A stretch of DNA of 64,000 nt. Source: Desulfurococcales archaeon (GTDB lineage: Archaea; Thermoproteota; Thermoprotei_A; Sulfolobales; Desulfurococcaceae). The position numbers were made by a program, and so were the translations under genes. The notes beneath the pieces are model-generated. The model searched no databases and was not told where the DNA came from. It was given only the letters and a program-made list of their open reading frames with translations. Positions 40,181 to 48,260 of this stretch are shown piece after piece; position 1 is the first letter of the stretch; each line of letters opens with the position of its first letter. The stretch is taken from the NCBI GenBank assembly GCA_027022365.1, contig JALVYU010000026.1, forward strand, positions 160,001 to 224,000. Direction: 5' to 3'.

Positions 40181-40240
40181 CGTGTGATGAAGGCTAGATA
40201 AACTGAAATACACGGTGATGAAGGTTTCTGGTACTGAAAA
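40181..40240 (+). ncRNA. Box C/D guide sRNA, target not identified
   Basis: GTGATGA-12 nt-CTGA..GTGATGA-12 nt-CTGA, canonical boxes and spacing. Confidence 0.8.
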
Positions 40241-40495
40241 CAATTATAGAACACATCAACCCCAACATGATATATTACCAGCATGATCCGAGTTATCACC
40301 GATACCATTGATACATGATTTTATATAGCCTGAACATGCCAGTAAAACAGCCATCTTATAAAAATCGCAATAAATATGAGCCACAAATACACATAGCATC
40401 AGCACATCTCGTTAATTTAATTCCCAGATAACACACCTATACAACTTATTAGAAGAAATGGTGGCGGGGCCCCCACAATGGTAGCGGGGGGTGGA

Positions 40496-41207
40496 TTCTC
40501 CCGGGGCGGCTGTCCGCAGAGTCTTATTCGCTATATGTAATGAGTATTATTGACCCTTTTAAAACTTACTACAAATCTTAGTCAAAGCCCTTTTCTCAGC
40601 TTGATGATGAATATCCATGATGTTATATAGATTGCATACGTTATCTTTTCTACTAATAACTAATCTATAAAATCCCCAGGTCTCGCCATAATTATATCTT
40701 AGAATCTATGCTGATTTTCCTAAGCATTTTGAATATCTAACACTCCGTAATAGTTCACAGAATTGATGATAACTCTATGTTTTTGTTTATCAATATGTCC
40801 TTCATCTATAAATGCTGAGATCCAATTAATGAGTATATTGGGACTTTTTCTTATGAATGCCTGTGCTCTCCATAATTTTTGAATTATTTGCACCTAAACG
40901 TCTAAGTGTGTAGTAAAGATATCTTGATTTAACTCTTGCTATATAGACGTGTTTTTGGATGAATATACAATAGTCGGGCTTATCTTCAAAACATCATATA
41001 TGTCTCTGGCAAATGAACTAATTAGTTCAATTGATTTATTAATATATTCTATAATGTAACGTTTTCCTCTATCTCCTTTCTCGACATATATATGTCCATC
41101 TCCGCAAATATGTGCATGAATCCTTGCAAAATAAGGATTATCCATTAAGGACATGTTATTCCCGTTTTAGATAGAATAGGAGAATATAAAGCGGACAGCC
41201 GCCCCGT
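40496..41207 (-). mobile_element. 712-nt intervening sequence at tRNA position 59/60 carrying a decayed LAGLIDADG gene
   Basis: Perfect 16-bp terminal complementarity 40502-40517/41191-41206; central helix TTCA/GGAG with 3-nt bulges. Confidence 0.82.
40559..41154 (-). pseudogene. Frameshifted two-motif LAGLIDADG homing endonuclease
   Basis: IHAHICGDG in the first frame, WISAFIDEGHI after a frameshift near 40950, YRLVISRKDNV tail after further breaks. Confidence 0.75.
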
Positions 41208-41229
41208 TTTGAACCACCGACCTCGGGGT

Positions 41230-41250
41230 GTCCCTGAGGCGGCAGCCTCT
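41230..41250 (-). other. 21-nt canonical tRNA intron at 37/38
   Basis: A GAGGC TGCC GCCTC AGGG AC hairpin with relaxed BHB. Confidence 0.88.
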
Positions 41251-41307
41251 TATGAGCTTCGCGGGGCGGGGCTACCGTCCCTGCTACTACCTTTATTATT
41301 GGGGGTC

Positions 41308-41481
41308 TTATAAAGTTTTATTCTTAGGTGTTATGAGTAAGCCTTTTCTTTTATTGTTAATATAAATTTCGACACTAAGTTCTATCCCTTCTTTCCAGCC
41401 TAAGGCTTCAACTAATTGTTTTGGTAGTGTTATTTCATAGGTGTAATATTTTTGTTTACCTTTCCTCTTTCTAAGTTTCAT
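41308..41481 (-). CDS. AbrB/MazE/SpoVT-family DNA-binding protein (57 aa, not in ORF track)
   Basis: MKLRKRKGKQKYYTYEITLPKQLVEALGWKEGIELSVEIYINNKRKGLLITPKNKTL; GGTGA RBS upstream. Confidence 0.8.
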   Translation of the reverse strand: MKLRKRKGKQKYYTYEITLPKQLVEALGWKEGIELSVEIYINNKRKGLLITPKNKTL

Positions 41482-41564
41482 TATTTCACCAAGAAATACT
41501 ATATAATCGTAGATAATAAATTTATATAGGAATTCTTTACAGAATTCCTAACAGAGGTGAAGAA

Positions 41565-42644
41565 ATGAAGCAGTCTATGGGTAATATTATCGCAAATTTG
41601 CTGGAAAATTATGGATCAAACTATCTTAATAAATGGAAATCAAGAGAACATTTACTGGGTAGAAGAAAGTTTTTGGTATATAATGTCGATGAACAAATAA
41701 AGTCAGAAATTCTATTTCTTCTTTATAAAGAACTTCACAACATAAAAACAACTACCTTTAAAGAAGTAAAGTTCTTGAGTAAGTGCTTAGTAATTAGGTC
41801 AACGCATGAGGCCCCGCTATGGTATAGATTAGGCTTAGCATTAAGCGATGGCTCTGTCCTAGGTAAAAGTAATATAATATTCTCTACATCAAAACCACAC
41901 ACAATAGATGCCGTGATGTATGGATTTAGTTATATAAAGATCTACGTAGCTAGATACATGCTAAGTATAAAAACTAACAAGATAATACCTGTTATTAACA
42001 TCGTAGTGAAGGATCCGGATACTGCATTACTTCTAAGACGTATTAAAGAAAACAAACTAGATACGGATCAATTTATAGATGCACTAGTTAATGATAGAAT
42101 GGCGTTGGCACAATTCCTAGCTGGGATAATAGATGGTGATGGAAGTATAGATTGTGATAATATAAGAATATGCATTGATAAACGTGATCCTCTATACACG
42201 ATTTTACAAAAAATCTTTAGAAATAATTTGGTTTATGATGAAAAACGATATATGTTAAGGATAAAAACACGAGCCGTTAGGGAACTAAGCATTTTAGAAG
42301 AACTAATAAATAACATAGTCTCGGAACATAAGAAAACTATGATTAAAAGAATCCTGAGAAAAAGAAAAAGATTCGTTCTAAACAACATCACATTAACAAA
42401 TTATAAAATTAAAGAAATCCTAGACAAACTTGATAATGATGATCTAAAAACACTTACCTTATTTAAATTTAGAAAAAAGCAAAAATATACCTATGCATAC
42501 ATCTCCTTTAACAAAAAGAATAAAAACTATATATTCAGCTTAATTAACAAGCTACTCTATAAAATAGAATCCGTACTTTTCTTAAACCTCCTCGATTCTG
42601 TTAAGGAAGGTAACAGAGAATATGTAATTTATAACAAAGAATAG
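41565..42644 (+). CDS. Two-motif LAGLIDADG homing endonuclease-like protein
   Basis: LGLALSDGS and LAGIIDGDGS motifs; GAGGTGA RBS; TTTATATA at 41521; Lys-rich, low GC. Confidence 0.82.
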   Translation: MKQSMGNIIANLLENYGSNYLNKWKSREHLLGRRKFLVYNVDEQIKSEILFLLYKELHNIKTTTFKEVKFLSKCLVIRSTHEAPLWYRLGLALSDGSVLGKSNIIFSTSKPHTIDAVMYGFSYIKIYVARYMLSIKTNKIIPVINIVVKDPDTALLLRRIKENKLDTDQFIDALVNDRMALAQFLAGIIDGDGSIDCDNIRICIDKRDPLYTILQKIFRNNLVYDEKRYMLRIKTRAVRELSILEELINNIVSEHKKTMIKRILRKRKRFVLNNITLTNYKIKEILDKLDNDDLKTLTLFKFRKKQKYTYAYISFNKKNKNYIFSLINKLLYKIESVLFLNLLDSVKEGNREYVIYNKE

Positions 42645-42855
42645 TAGAACTTATCAAAACACTTAGAATATATATTGAGATGGGGAAGGGACGGTAGCCC
42701 CTGCACCTCCCGCGGGCTACCTGGCTGCCCTACCCCGCTGTTTTGCCCCGCCGTATTGTTTGTGGTGTTTTTCGGTGGTTATAAGGTTTTCTGGGCTTTT
42801 CTTCTTGTTGTGTTGTTTCTTTCTAGGAGGAGGGAGAGGGGAGGGGAAAAAGGAG

Positions 42856-43602
42856 TTATTTTAGCTGGTTTAGCGGTGTGTATGTTTTTGCCGGTATGTA
42901 TGGTAGGATGTGGCGGGTTGTTTTTGGGCTGTATACTTTTCCTTGCCTAGCTATTTCTATTACTTCTTGTTTTGTCGGTGGTTTTCTCAGAAACAGGTAG
43001 TCGATCTCTCCTTTTTCGAGGTCTTGTATTGCTTCTTCGCGTAAGCCGTAATAGGCGAGCTTTATTTTTCCCTCGACGTTAAGCTTGTTTAGGATCTTTG
43101 ATACTTTCTTTTGTTCTTCTACGCCTCCCTTTATGATCCATGCTCTACCGTCTCGAGACAATATTATGAAGGCTATACCTCCCTGCTCCAATAGTTTTAT
43201 CGCTTGCTCCGCATCGAGCTTGGACTCGTTTATATCTAGTTCTTTAGACGCTTCTCGCAGGAAGTCATCGATACTACCTATAATAGCGGGATACCATGTC
43301 TCGAGCCTGATACTATCGTCAAAGTAATCTACGACGATCGCTGGTGCTTTGCGATACCCCAGCTCTTTTAGAGCAGCCCAACGATGATGTCCATCAACAA
43401 TCAAGTACTTATCAGTCCCCGGTATAGGGGCAACTATGATGGGCATATCCACAGCGCCCAAGTCCATGATCATCTTCTTTACATCCTCAAGGCGCTTAGT
43501 AACAATCTCCTCGTGCGGCACCATATTATCAACATCGATCAGAACTGGCTCAACCCGCTTAACCGGTATATTTAGCTTCGGCAGCTTTATGATCACTGAC
43601 AC
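42856..43602 (-). CDS. serK: Free serine kinase SerK (ParB/Srx fold)
   Basis: PHEE, DGHHRWAAL, TWYP, SPKTTRH; clustered with a SerA-like gene and an aminotransferase. Confidence 0.78.
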   Translation of the reverse strand: MSVIIKLPKLNIPVKRVEPVLIDVDNMVPHEEIVTKRLEDVKKMIMDLGAVDMPIIVAPIPGTDKYLIVDGHHRWAALKELGYRKAPAIVVDYFDDSIRLETWYPAIIGSIDDFLREASKELDINESKLDAEQAIKLLEQGGIAFIILSRDGRAWIIKGGVEEQKKVSKILNKLNVEGKIKLAYYGLREEAIQDLEKGEIDYLFLRKPPTKQEVIEIARQGKVYSPKTTRHILPYIPAKTYTPLNQLK

Positions 43603-43736
43603 AAGGCACCAGCCCCACAGCTTCTCTTGAGAGACAAGAATATACTAACATCTATAAAACGGTAATTGCATATACATACAATAGATATTCGTAGATAAAT
43701 TAGAGAAAAGAGAAGAAGATAAAAAGAAAGAATAAT

Positions 43737-44663
43737 TTAGTTAGACTTAAAGAATTCAATGATTTTCTCTGCGATCTGGACGCCAGCCCTCTCCTGGGCT
43801 TCGGTAGTCGTCGAGCCTATGTGTGGTGTTAGCACAACATTATCGAACTTGGTCAGCGGATGATCCTTGGGTAGAGGCTCCTCCTCATACACGTCAAGCC
43901 CCGCACCAGCAATCCAACCGTTAGATAATGCCTTGACAAGGGCTTCGGTGTCGACGACGCCGCCTCTTGCGGTGTTTATCAGTATTGCTGAGGGCTTCAT
44001 AAGCTTTAACCGTTCTTCGTTAATCATATGTCTCGTTGAAGGCAGTAAGGGCACGTGCAGGCTGACTATATCAGCTTCCCTCAAAACATCGTCAAGCTCT
44101 CTATACTCGGCATTAAGTTCTCTTTCAACATCTTCTATCTTCCCACGAGCATCATAGTAGATTATCTTCATACCGAAACCATAATAGGCTATACGGGCTA
44201 CCTCCCTGCCAATCCTGCCCATACCGATAATGCCGAGGGTTTTTCCCCTTAGCTCAAACCCCATGCACTGCTTCTTGGCCCAAACACCCTCACGCATCTT
44301 ACGATCGGCGAAGGCGATCTTACGTGCAACAGCAAGCATTAATCCAATAGCTAGCTCGGCAACACTCCTTGAAGGAGCACCGGGAGTATTCAGTACTGTG
44401 ATCCCTTTCTCCTTGGCCGCCTCAAGATCGATGTTATCAATGCCGACGCCAGCCCTGCCAATAACCCTTAGCTTCTCCGCGGCCTCGATAACTCTCCTAG
44501 TAACCCTCGGCTTAGACCTCACAATGATAGCGTCGGCGTCCTTTATCAGCTCGATGAGCTCGTCCTCGGAAGGATACTCTTTAACAATGACTTCGAAGCC
44601 AGCGCTTCGGAGCTTCTCGATCGCTTTGGGATGAAGGGGTGCGGCAACCAGCACCTTTACCAT
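43737..44663 (-). CDS. serA: D-3-phosphoglycerate/D-2-hydroxyacid dehydrogenase
   Basis: RAGVGIDNID, GMGRIG, NTARG, LDVYEEEP, TPHIG. Confidence 0.85.
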   Translation of the reverse strand: MVKVLVAAPLHPKAIEKLRSAGFEVIVKEYPSEDELIELIKDADAIIVRSKPRVTRRVIEAAEKLRVIGRAGVGIDNIDLEAAKEKGITVLNTPGAPSRSVAELAIGLMLAVARKIAFADRKMREGVWAKKQCMGFELRGKTLGIIGMGRIGREVARIAYYGFGMKIIYYDARGKIEDVERELNAEYRELDDVLREADIVSLHVPLLPSTRHMINEERLKLMKPSAILINTARGGVVDTEALVKALSNGWIAGAGLDVYEEEPLPKDHPLTKFDNVVLTPHIGSTTTEAQERAGVQIAEKIIEFFKSN

Positions 44664-44761
44664 AGCGTATCACCTACAACAATAGTATGGATACTTTCAT
44701 CTTAATAAATTAGGTAACAGCGAGAAGAGGAAGAGAAGAAAAAGAGTCGGCTGAAAACAAT

Positions 44762-45904
44762 TTATTTCTGTTTGAGTTCCTCGATAACCTCCCTTAAGTT
44801 CTTGAACAGCTCATCGATCTCTTCATCGGTGATATAACCCATATGCCCGATCCTAAACGTGTACTCCTTGACGGGCCCATAGCCCTTCGCTATCTCGAAG
44901 CCGCGCTCCCTCATCTTGTTATAGACGTCAACACCCCTGACACCCGGTGGCGTCTTAACAACAGTTATGGTAGGGCTATAGTATCCCGGAGTAGCGAACA
45001 GCTCCAACCCCAGGTCAAGCACACCCTTCCTAATTCTTTCCGCACGCCTAGCATACATGTCGAGCCAAGCCTTCTTACCGCCCATAGCCTCAATGGTTCT
45101 CAGCACAACGTTCAACGCGATAATCTGTGGTATCGGGGGCGTCGAAGGGGTAGACCATTGTTTCTCCAAGTACTTCTTGTACTTCAACAAGTCGAAATAC
45201 CAGCCCCTGTTTGGAATGTTCTTGGCCTTCTCGAATACTGCCTCACTTACAGCAGCCATGGCAAGGCCTGGCGGTACACCGAACGCTTTCTGGCTACTGG
45301 CAAAGACCAGATCGAGGCCCCACTCATCAACCTTTATATCGGCTGCACCCATAGCCGAGACGGCATCGACAAACACGAGCTTGTCATGCTCCTTAGCAAC
45401 CTTGGCGAGTTCAGGCAATGGATTGAGAACACCTGTGCTTGTCTCATTATATGTTATCGTAACTGCTTCGACATCGGGGTTCTTCTTCAGTGCCTCGTCC
45501 AGTTCCTCGGGGAGGACAGGCTCGCCGGGCTTCTTTTCAAGAACAACAGCTTTACGGCCGTTGCTCTCAACTACTTCACGGTATCTGTTGCCGAAAGCAC
45601 CGATGATCGTTACTAGGACTTTGCCGCCGGGAGTTACGGCGTTCCTGATGCTGGCCTCCATGAACCCGGTGCCGCTAGCAGGTATTAGAAGTACCGTAGC
45701 CTTTTTTGCCTCGAGGAACTCTGCAAGCCTCAGGGTTGTGTCGCGGTGGAGTGCCTGATACTCCTTAGACCTGTGGCTGAACATCTGGAAACTCATAGCC
45801 TTCAGTACTTCGGGAAAACACGCTACTGGCCCAGCAGTGAATAGTTTCAGCTTCTTAGGCCATATAATCTTCTCAACTTCGCGTAGGATCTCATCACAGT
45901 TCAT
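44762..45904 (-). CDS. Class V PLP aminotransferase (alanine-glyoxylate/serine-pyruvate family)
   Basis: AGPV, SHRS, NETSTGV, VDAVS, SSQKAFGVPPG, FRIGHMG. Confidence 0.92.
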   Translation of the reverse strand: MNCDEILREVEKIIWPKKLKLFTAGPVACFPEVLKAMSFQMFSHRSKEYQALHRDTTLRLAEFLEAKKATVLLIPASGTGFMEASIRNAVTPGGKVLVTIIGAFGNRYREVVESNGRKAVVLEKKPGEPVLPEELDEALKKNPDVEAVTITYNETSTGVLNPLPELAKVAKEHDKLVFVDAVSAMGAADIKVDEWGLDLVFASSQKAFGVPPGLAMAAVSEAVFEKAKNIPNRGWYFDLLKYKKYLEKQWSTPSTPPIPQIIALNVVLRTIEAMGGKKAWLDMYARRAERIRKGVLDLGLELFATPGYYSPTITVVKTPPGVRGVDVYNKMRERGFEIAKGYGPVKEYTFRIGHMGYITDEEIDELFKNLREVIEELKQK

Positions 45905-45983
45905 AGCACATACCCTCCAGTATGCTTCAGTCAATTTTGCCTATATAGAGATATGCTAGTAATATATGATTCCATACGATCAA

Positions 45984-46050
45984 GGAGAGGCGGTCCCAGT
46001 CGCTCCACCTACATCATCGCTCAGATCGTCTCTGCCCGGTCATCCCAGAC
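45984..46050 (-). ncRNA. Possible C/D-like small RNA
   Basis: GGGATGA..CTGA..ATGATG..CTGG in a GC-rich intergenic patch; TATATAAG about 25 nt upstream. Confidence 0.4.
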
Positions 46051-46107
46051 ATGTCTATAAATCCAATACCTTATATATCCAGATACTGATCAATAATCCT
46101 GGGTCAG

Positions 46108-46431
46108 ATGATCATGGTGGAAGAAGAGATCGATTATAGCGAGATAGTGCCCGAAGATGTGCTGGAGGAGATCGAGGAATACGAGGCAAAACCGAACAGG
46201 CGGAAAACAAGGAAAAAATACCCCTCTAGCAGAGACATAGTAGAAGCCGTAAAAGAAGCAGCCCTCCATGCAAGGGGGATACATCCCGACGAATTCCCGG
46301 ATCTGGTTTACCGAATACTCGAGGAACAAGGCTTTGACACAAGGTACGTTACTGTGAAAAGGATCTGGAGAACCTACGAGAAACTAGTAAGGACAGGAGT
46401 TATACCTGACACACTACACGTCGTCTATTAA
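46108..46431 (+). CDS. Conserved-looking hypothetical protein
   Basis: 107-aa ORF with typical codon usage. Confidence 0.7.
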   Translation: MIMVEEEIDYSEIVPEDVLEEIEEYEAKPNRRKTRKKYPSSRDIVEAVKEAALHARGIHPDEFPDLVYRILEEQGFDTRYVTVKRIWRTYEKLVRTGVIPDTLHVVY

Positions 46432-46457
46432 TAATCAGCTGGTTAAGGGAAGAAGCC

Positions 46458-46886
46458 ATGACAGGCGATAAAGACAGTGTCACGCCCGGAATCTACGTTA
46501 AACTACCATCTGGTACATGGGTGAAAATACAGGGGAAACTAGAGAGACTAGTAAGGACGTCGCGGAAAGGTAGGGGAAAACCGAAAACTAGTGTAGCATA
46601 CACGTTGATCGGTAAAAGCCTGGATAATCCCCCCAAAAAGCCCAGCGGGATACCTGAAAGAATATACGTTTCCTCGACTAGAATAACAAAGCTCCTCATA
46701 AAACTACTTGATGAGATCAAGATTGATAAAGAAATAATACTTGTCTGGCCACGGACCAAGGAGACCTATGTTATCGAAATATATTATCCAAGGAGAGCGA
46801 TCGTTGACAGGATAAGAAAGCTTGCAGAAGAGCTAAAAATACTGAGGCAGATCAAGGAGAAAGCCGTAGGCTCCTCCTCACGATGA
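46458..46886 (+). CDS. Hypothetical basic protein
   Basis: 142-aa ORF following an RBS-like GGGGA. Confidence 0.65.
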   Translation: MTGDKDSVTPGIYVKLPSGTWVKIQGKLERLVRTSRKGRGKPKTSVAYTLIGKSLDNPPKKPSGIPERIYVSSTRITKLLIKLLDEIKIDKEIILVWPRTKETYVIEIYYPRRAIVDRIRKLAEELKILRQIKEKAVGSSSR

Positions 46887-47055
46887 TGTTTGGCCCGCTA
46901 TTCTCTATTATTATCTGCTCAATAGTGATCCTATACCCGCATACAGGGCATCTATAATAGAACGTTATTCTATGGCTTCCATCACTCATTCTCTCCGATT
47001 CTTCTACAAGATACATTGGCCTGCCATCCTTTTTACAGTACAATGTACCGGTCAT
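46852..47055 (-). CDS. Small Zn-ribbon-like protein
   Basis: CKKDG and CPVCG knuckles. Confidence 0.65.
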   Translation of the reverse strand: MTGTLYCKKDGRPMYLVEESERMSDGSHRITFYYRCPVCGYRITIEQIIIENSGPNIIVRRSLRLSP

Positions 47056-47156
47056 ATCGTGTCCCCGGCAAAAATCTCTGTATTCTAGGGGTAAGTAGTA
47101 ATTTAGTACCCAATATATACGTATGCTTAGAGAACAGCTTCACCGGTGTAAAAGGA

Positions 47157-48260
47157 ATGGACTTCATATATAAGCTTCGCAAGCTACATGAGGAGACAGG
47201 TCTCGACGACATTGTGATAATCTCTTCTGAGAATATCGAGTACTTTCTCGGCGTACCAACCATAGCAGACTCGATGATAGTGCTCTACAGCCATAAAGGA
47301 GACATAGAAGTCTATGTGCCGATACTCGAGTACTACAGGTACAGAGACATGCTCAGTAAACAGGATGTAGAAGTCTATGCAGTATCCAAGAAGATCAAGC
47401 CAAACGATGCAAAGGTCTTCGAGGGCGAATACAAGGATCTTTTCGAAAAAATAGGTACGGGGAAAGAGAAGATAGGATGCGACATAGGCTACTCATCACC
47501 ACTAGTAAATCCACTACGGGAAAAGCTGGGAGAGAAAATAGCTGATATATCAGAGACTATCATGGGCTATAGGATGAAGAAAGAATCTTGGGAGATCGAG
47601 AGGATAAAAAAGGCAGTAAAAATTACGCAGAACTCGATAAAAGCGCTCGTTTCCTACATACAGGAAGGAATAACTGAGGCGCAGCTCGCTGGCATATTCG
47701 AGCATAGAGCTAGACAGTACAATGTATCACAGTACGCTTTCGACCCAATTATCGTCTTCAACCCGGGGACAAGCTATCCGCACAATATACCTGGTCCTAA
47801 CAAGCTCAGAAGACCGAATCTCATCCTGGTAGATGTTGGTGTCAAGTACCAGGGGAGATGCAGCGACCTAACAAGAATGATCCTCTGGGGTAGGCCCAGA
47901 AAAGAATGGAGAAGGGCGTTAGAAGCTGTCAACGAAGCCATAAATGAGGTTATCGACAAGGCAGAGCCGGGGATGACTGGAGAAGAAATAGCGAAGATAG
48001 CCATAGACGTAATAGCAAAACATGGCTATAGAGAGAGATTTATCCACGGACTAGGACATGGACTAGGAGTGGTCGTCCATGAACACCCCTACTTAACACT
48101 AGGATCGACTACCAAGGTGGAACCCGGCGCGGTGTTCACCATTGAGCCCGGCGTATATATACCCGGCGAATTCGGCATTAGAATAGAAGAAGATGCTGTG
48201 ATGACAGGGAAAGGAGTAAAAATACTCTCGTCAGGCCTCGAGAGAATAATTACTCCTTAA
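47157..48260 (+). CDS. Xaa-Pro aminopeptidase (M24 family)
   Basis: DVG..Y..CSDLTR, HGLGHGLG..HE, TIEPGVY, GIRIEED. Confidence 0.92.
   Translation: MDFIYKLRKLHEETGLDDIVIISSENIEYFLGVPTIADSMIVLYSHKGDIEVYVPILEYYRYRDMLSKQDVEVYAVSKKIKPNDAKVFEGEYKDLFEKIGTGKEKIGCDIGYSSPLVNPLREKLGEKIADISETIMGYRMKKESWEIERIKKAVKITQNSIKALVSYIQEGITEAQLAGIFEHRARQYNVSQYAFDPIIVFNPGTSYPHNIPGPNKLRRPNLILVDVGVKYQGRCSDLTRMILWGRPRKEWRRALEAVNEAINEVIDKAEPGMTGEEIAKIAIDVIAKHGYRERFIHGLGHGLGVVVHEHPYLTLGSTTKVEPGAVFTIEPGVYIPGEFGIRIEEDAVMTGKGVKILSSGLERIITP

Larger units (their letters stand above)
41258..42708 (-). mobile_element. 1451-nt intervening sequence at tRNA position 30/31 carrying AbrB-like and LAGLIDADG genes
   Basis: Perfect 15-bp complementarity 41268-41282/42687-42701 plus 4 more bp; central helix CGCG/CGCG; bulges GG|A and AA|G; AT-rich interior. 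Confidence 0.85.
40479..42739 (-). tRNA. Initiator tRNA-Met(CAT) in four exons: 42709-42739, 41251-41257, 41208-41229, 40479-40495
   Basis: Joined exons give a 77-nt cloverleaf AGCGGGG TA GGGC AGCCAGGTA GCCC G CGGGG CT CAT AA CCCCG AGGTC GGTGG TTCAAAT CCACC CCCCGCT ACCA with A1-U72; each junction has BHB-like geometry. Confidence 0.9.

Noticed and set aside
40045-40308. 87-aa ORF
   Set aside because: Antisense to two C/D sRNAs.
40502-42701. Inverted repeats read as IS/MITE terminal inverted repeats
   Set aside because: No transposase or target duplication; the arms sit exactly where BHB splice motifs require them.
42675-42950. 91-aa plus-strand ORF
   Set aside because: Antisense to tRNA exon 1, its promoter and the serK end.
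42856-43602. ParB partition protein suggesting a mobile element
   Set aside because: Motifs and serA/aminotransferase context fit SerK; no parA nearby.
44843-45758. Long plus-strand ORFs (257 and 233 aa)
   Set aside because: Shadow frames of the aminotransferase with no motifs; the same applies to most short antisense ORFs in the track.
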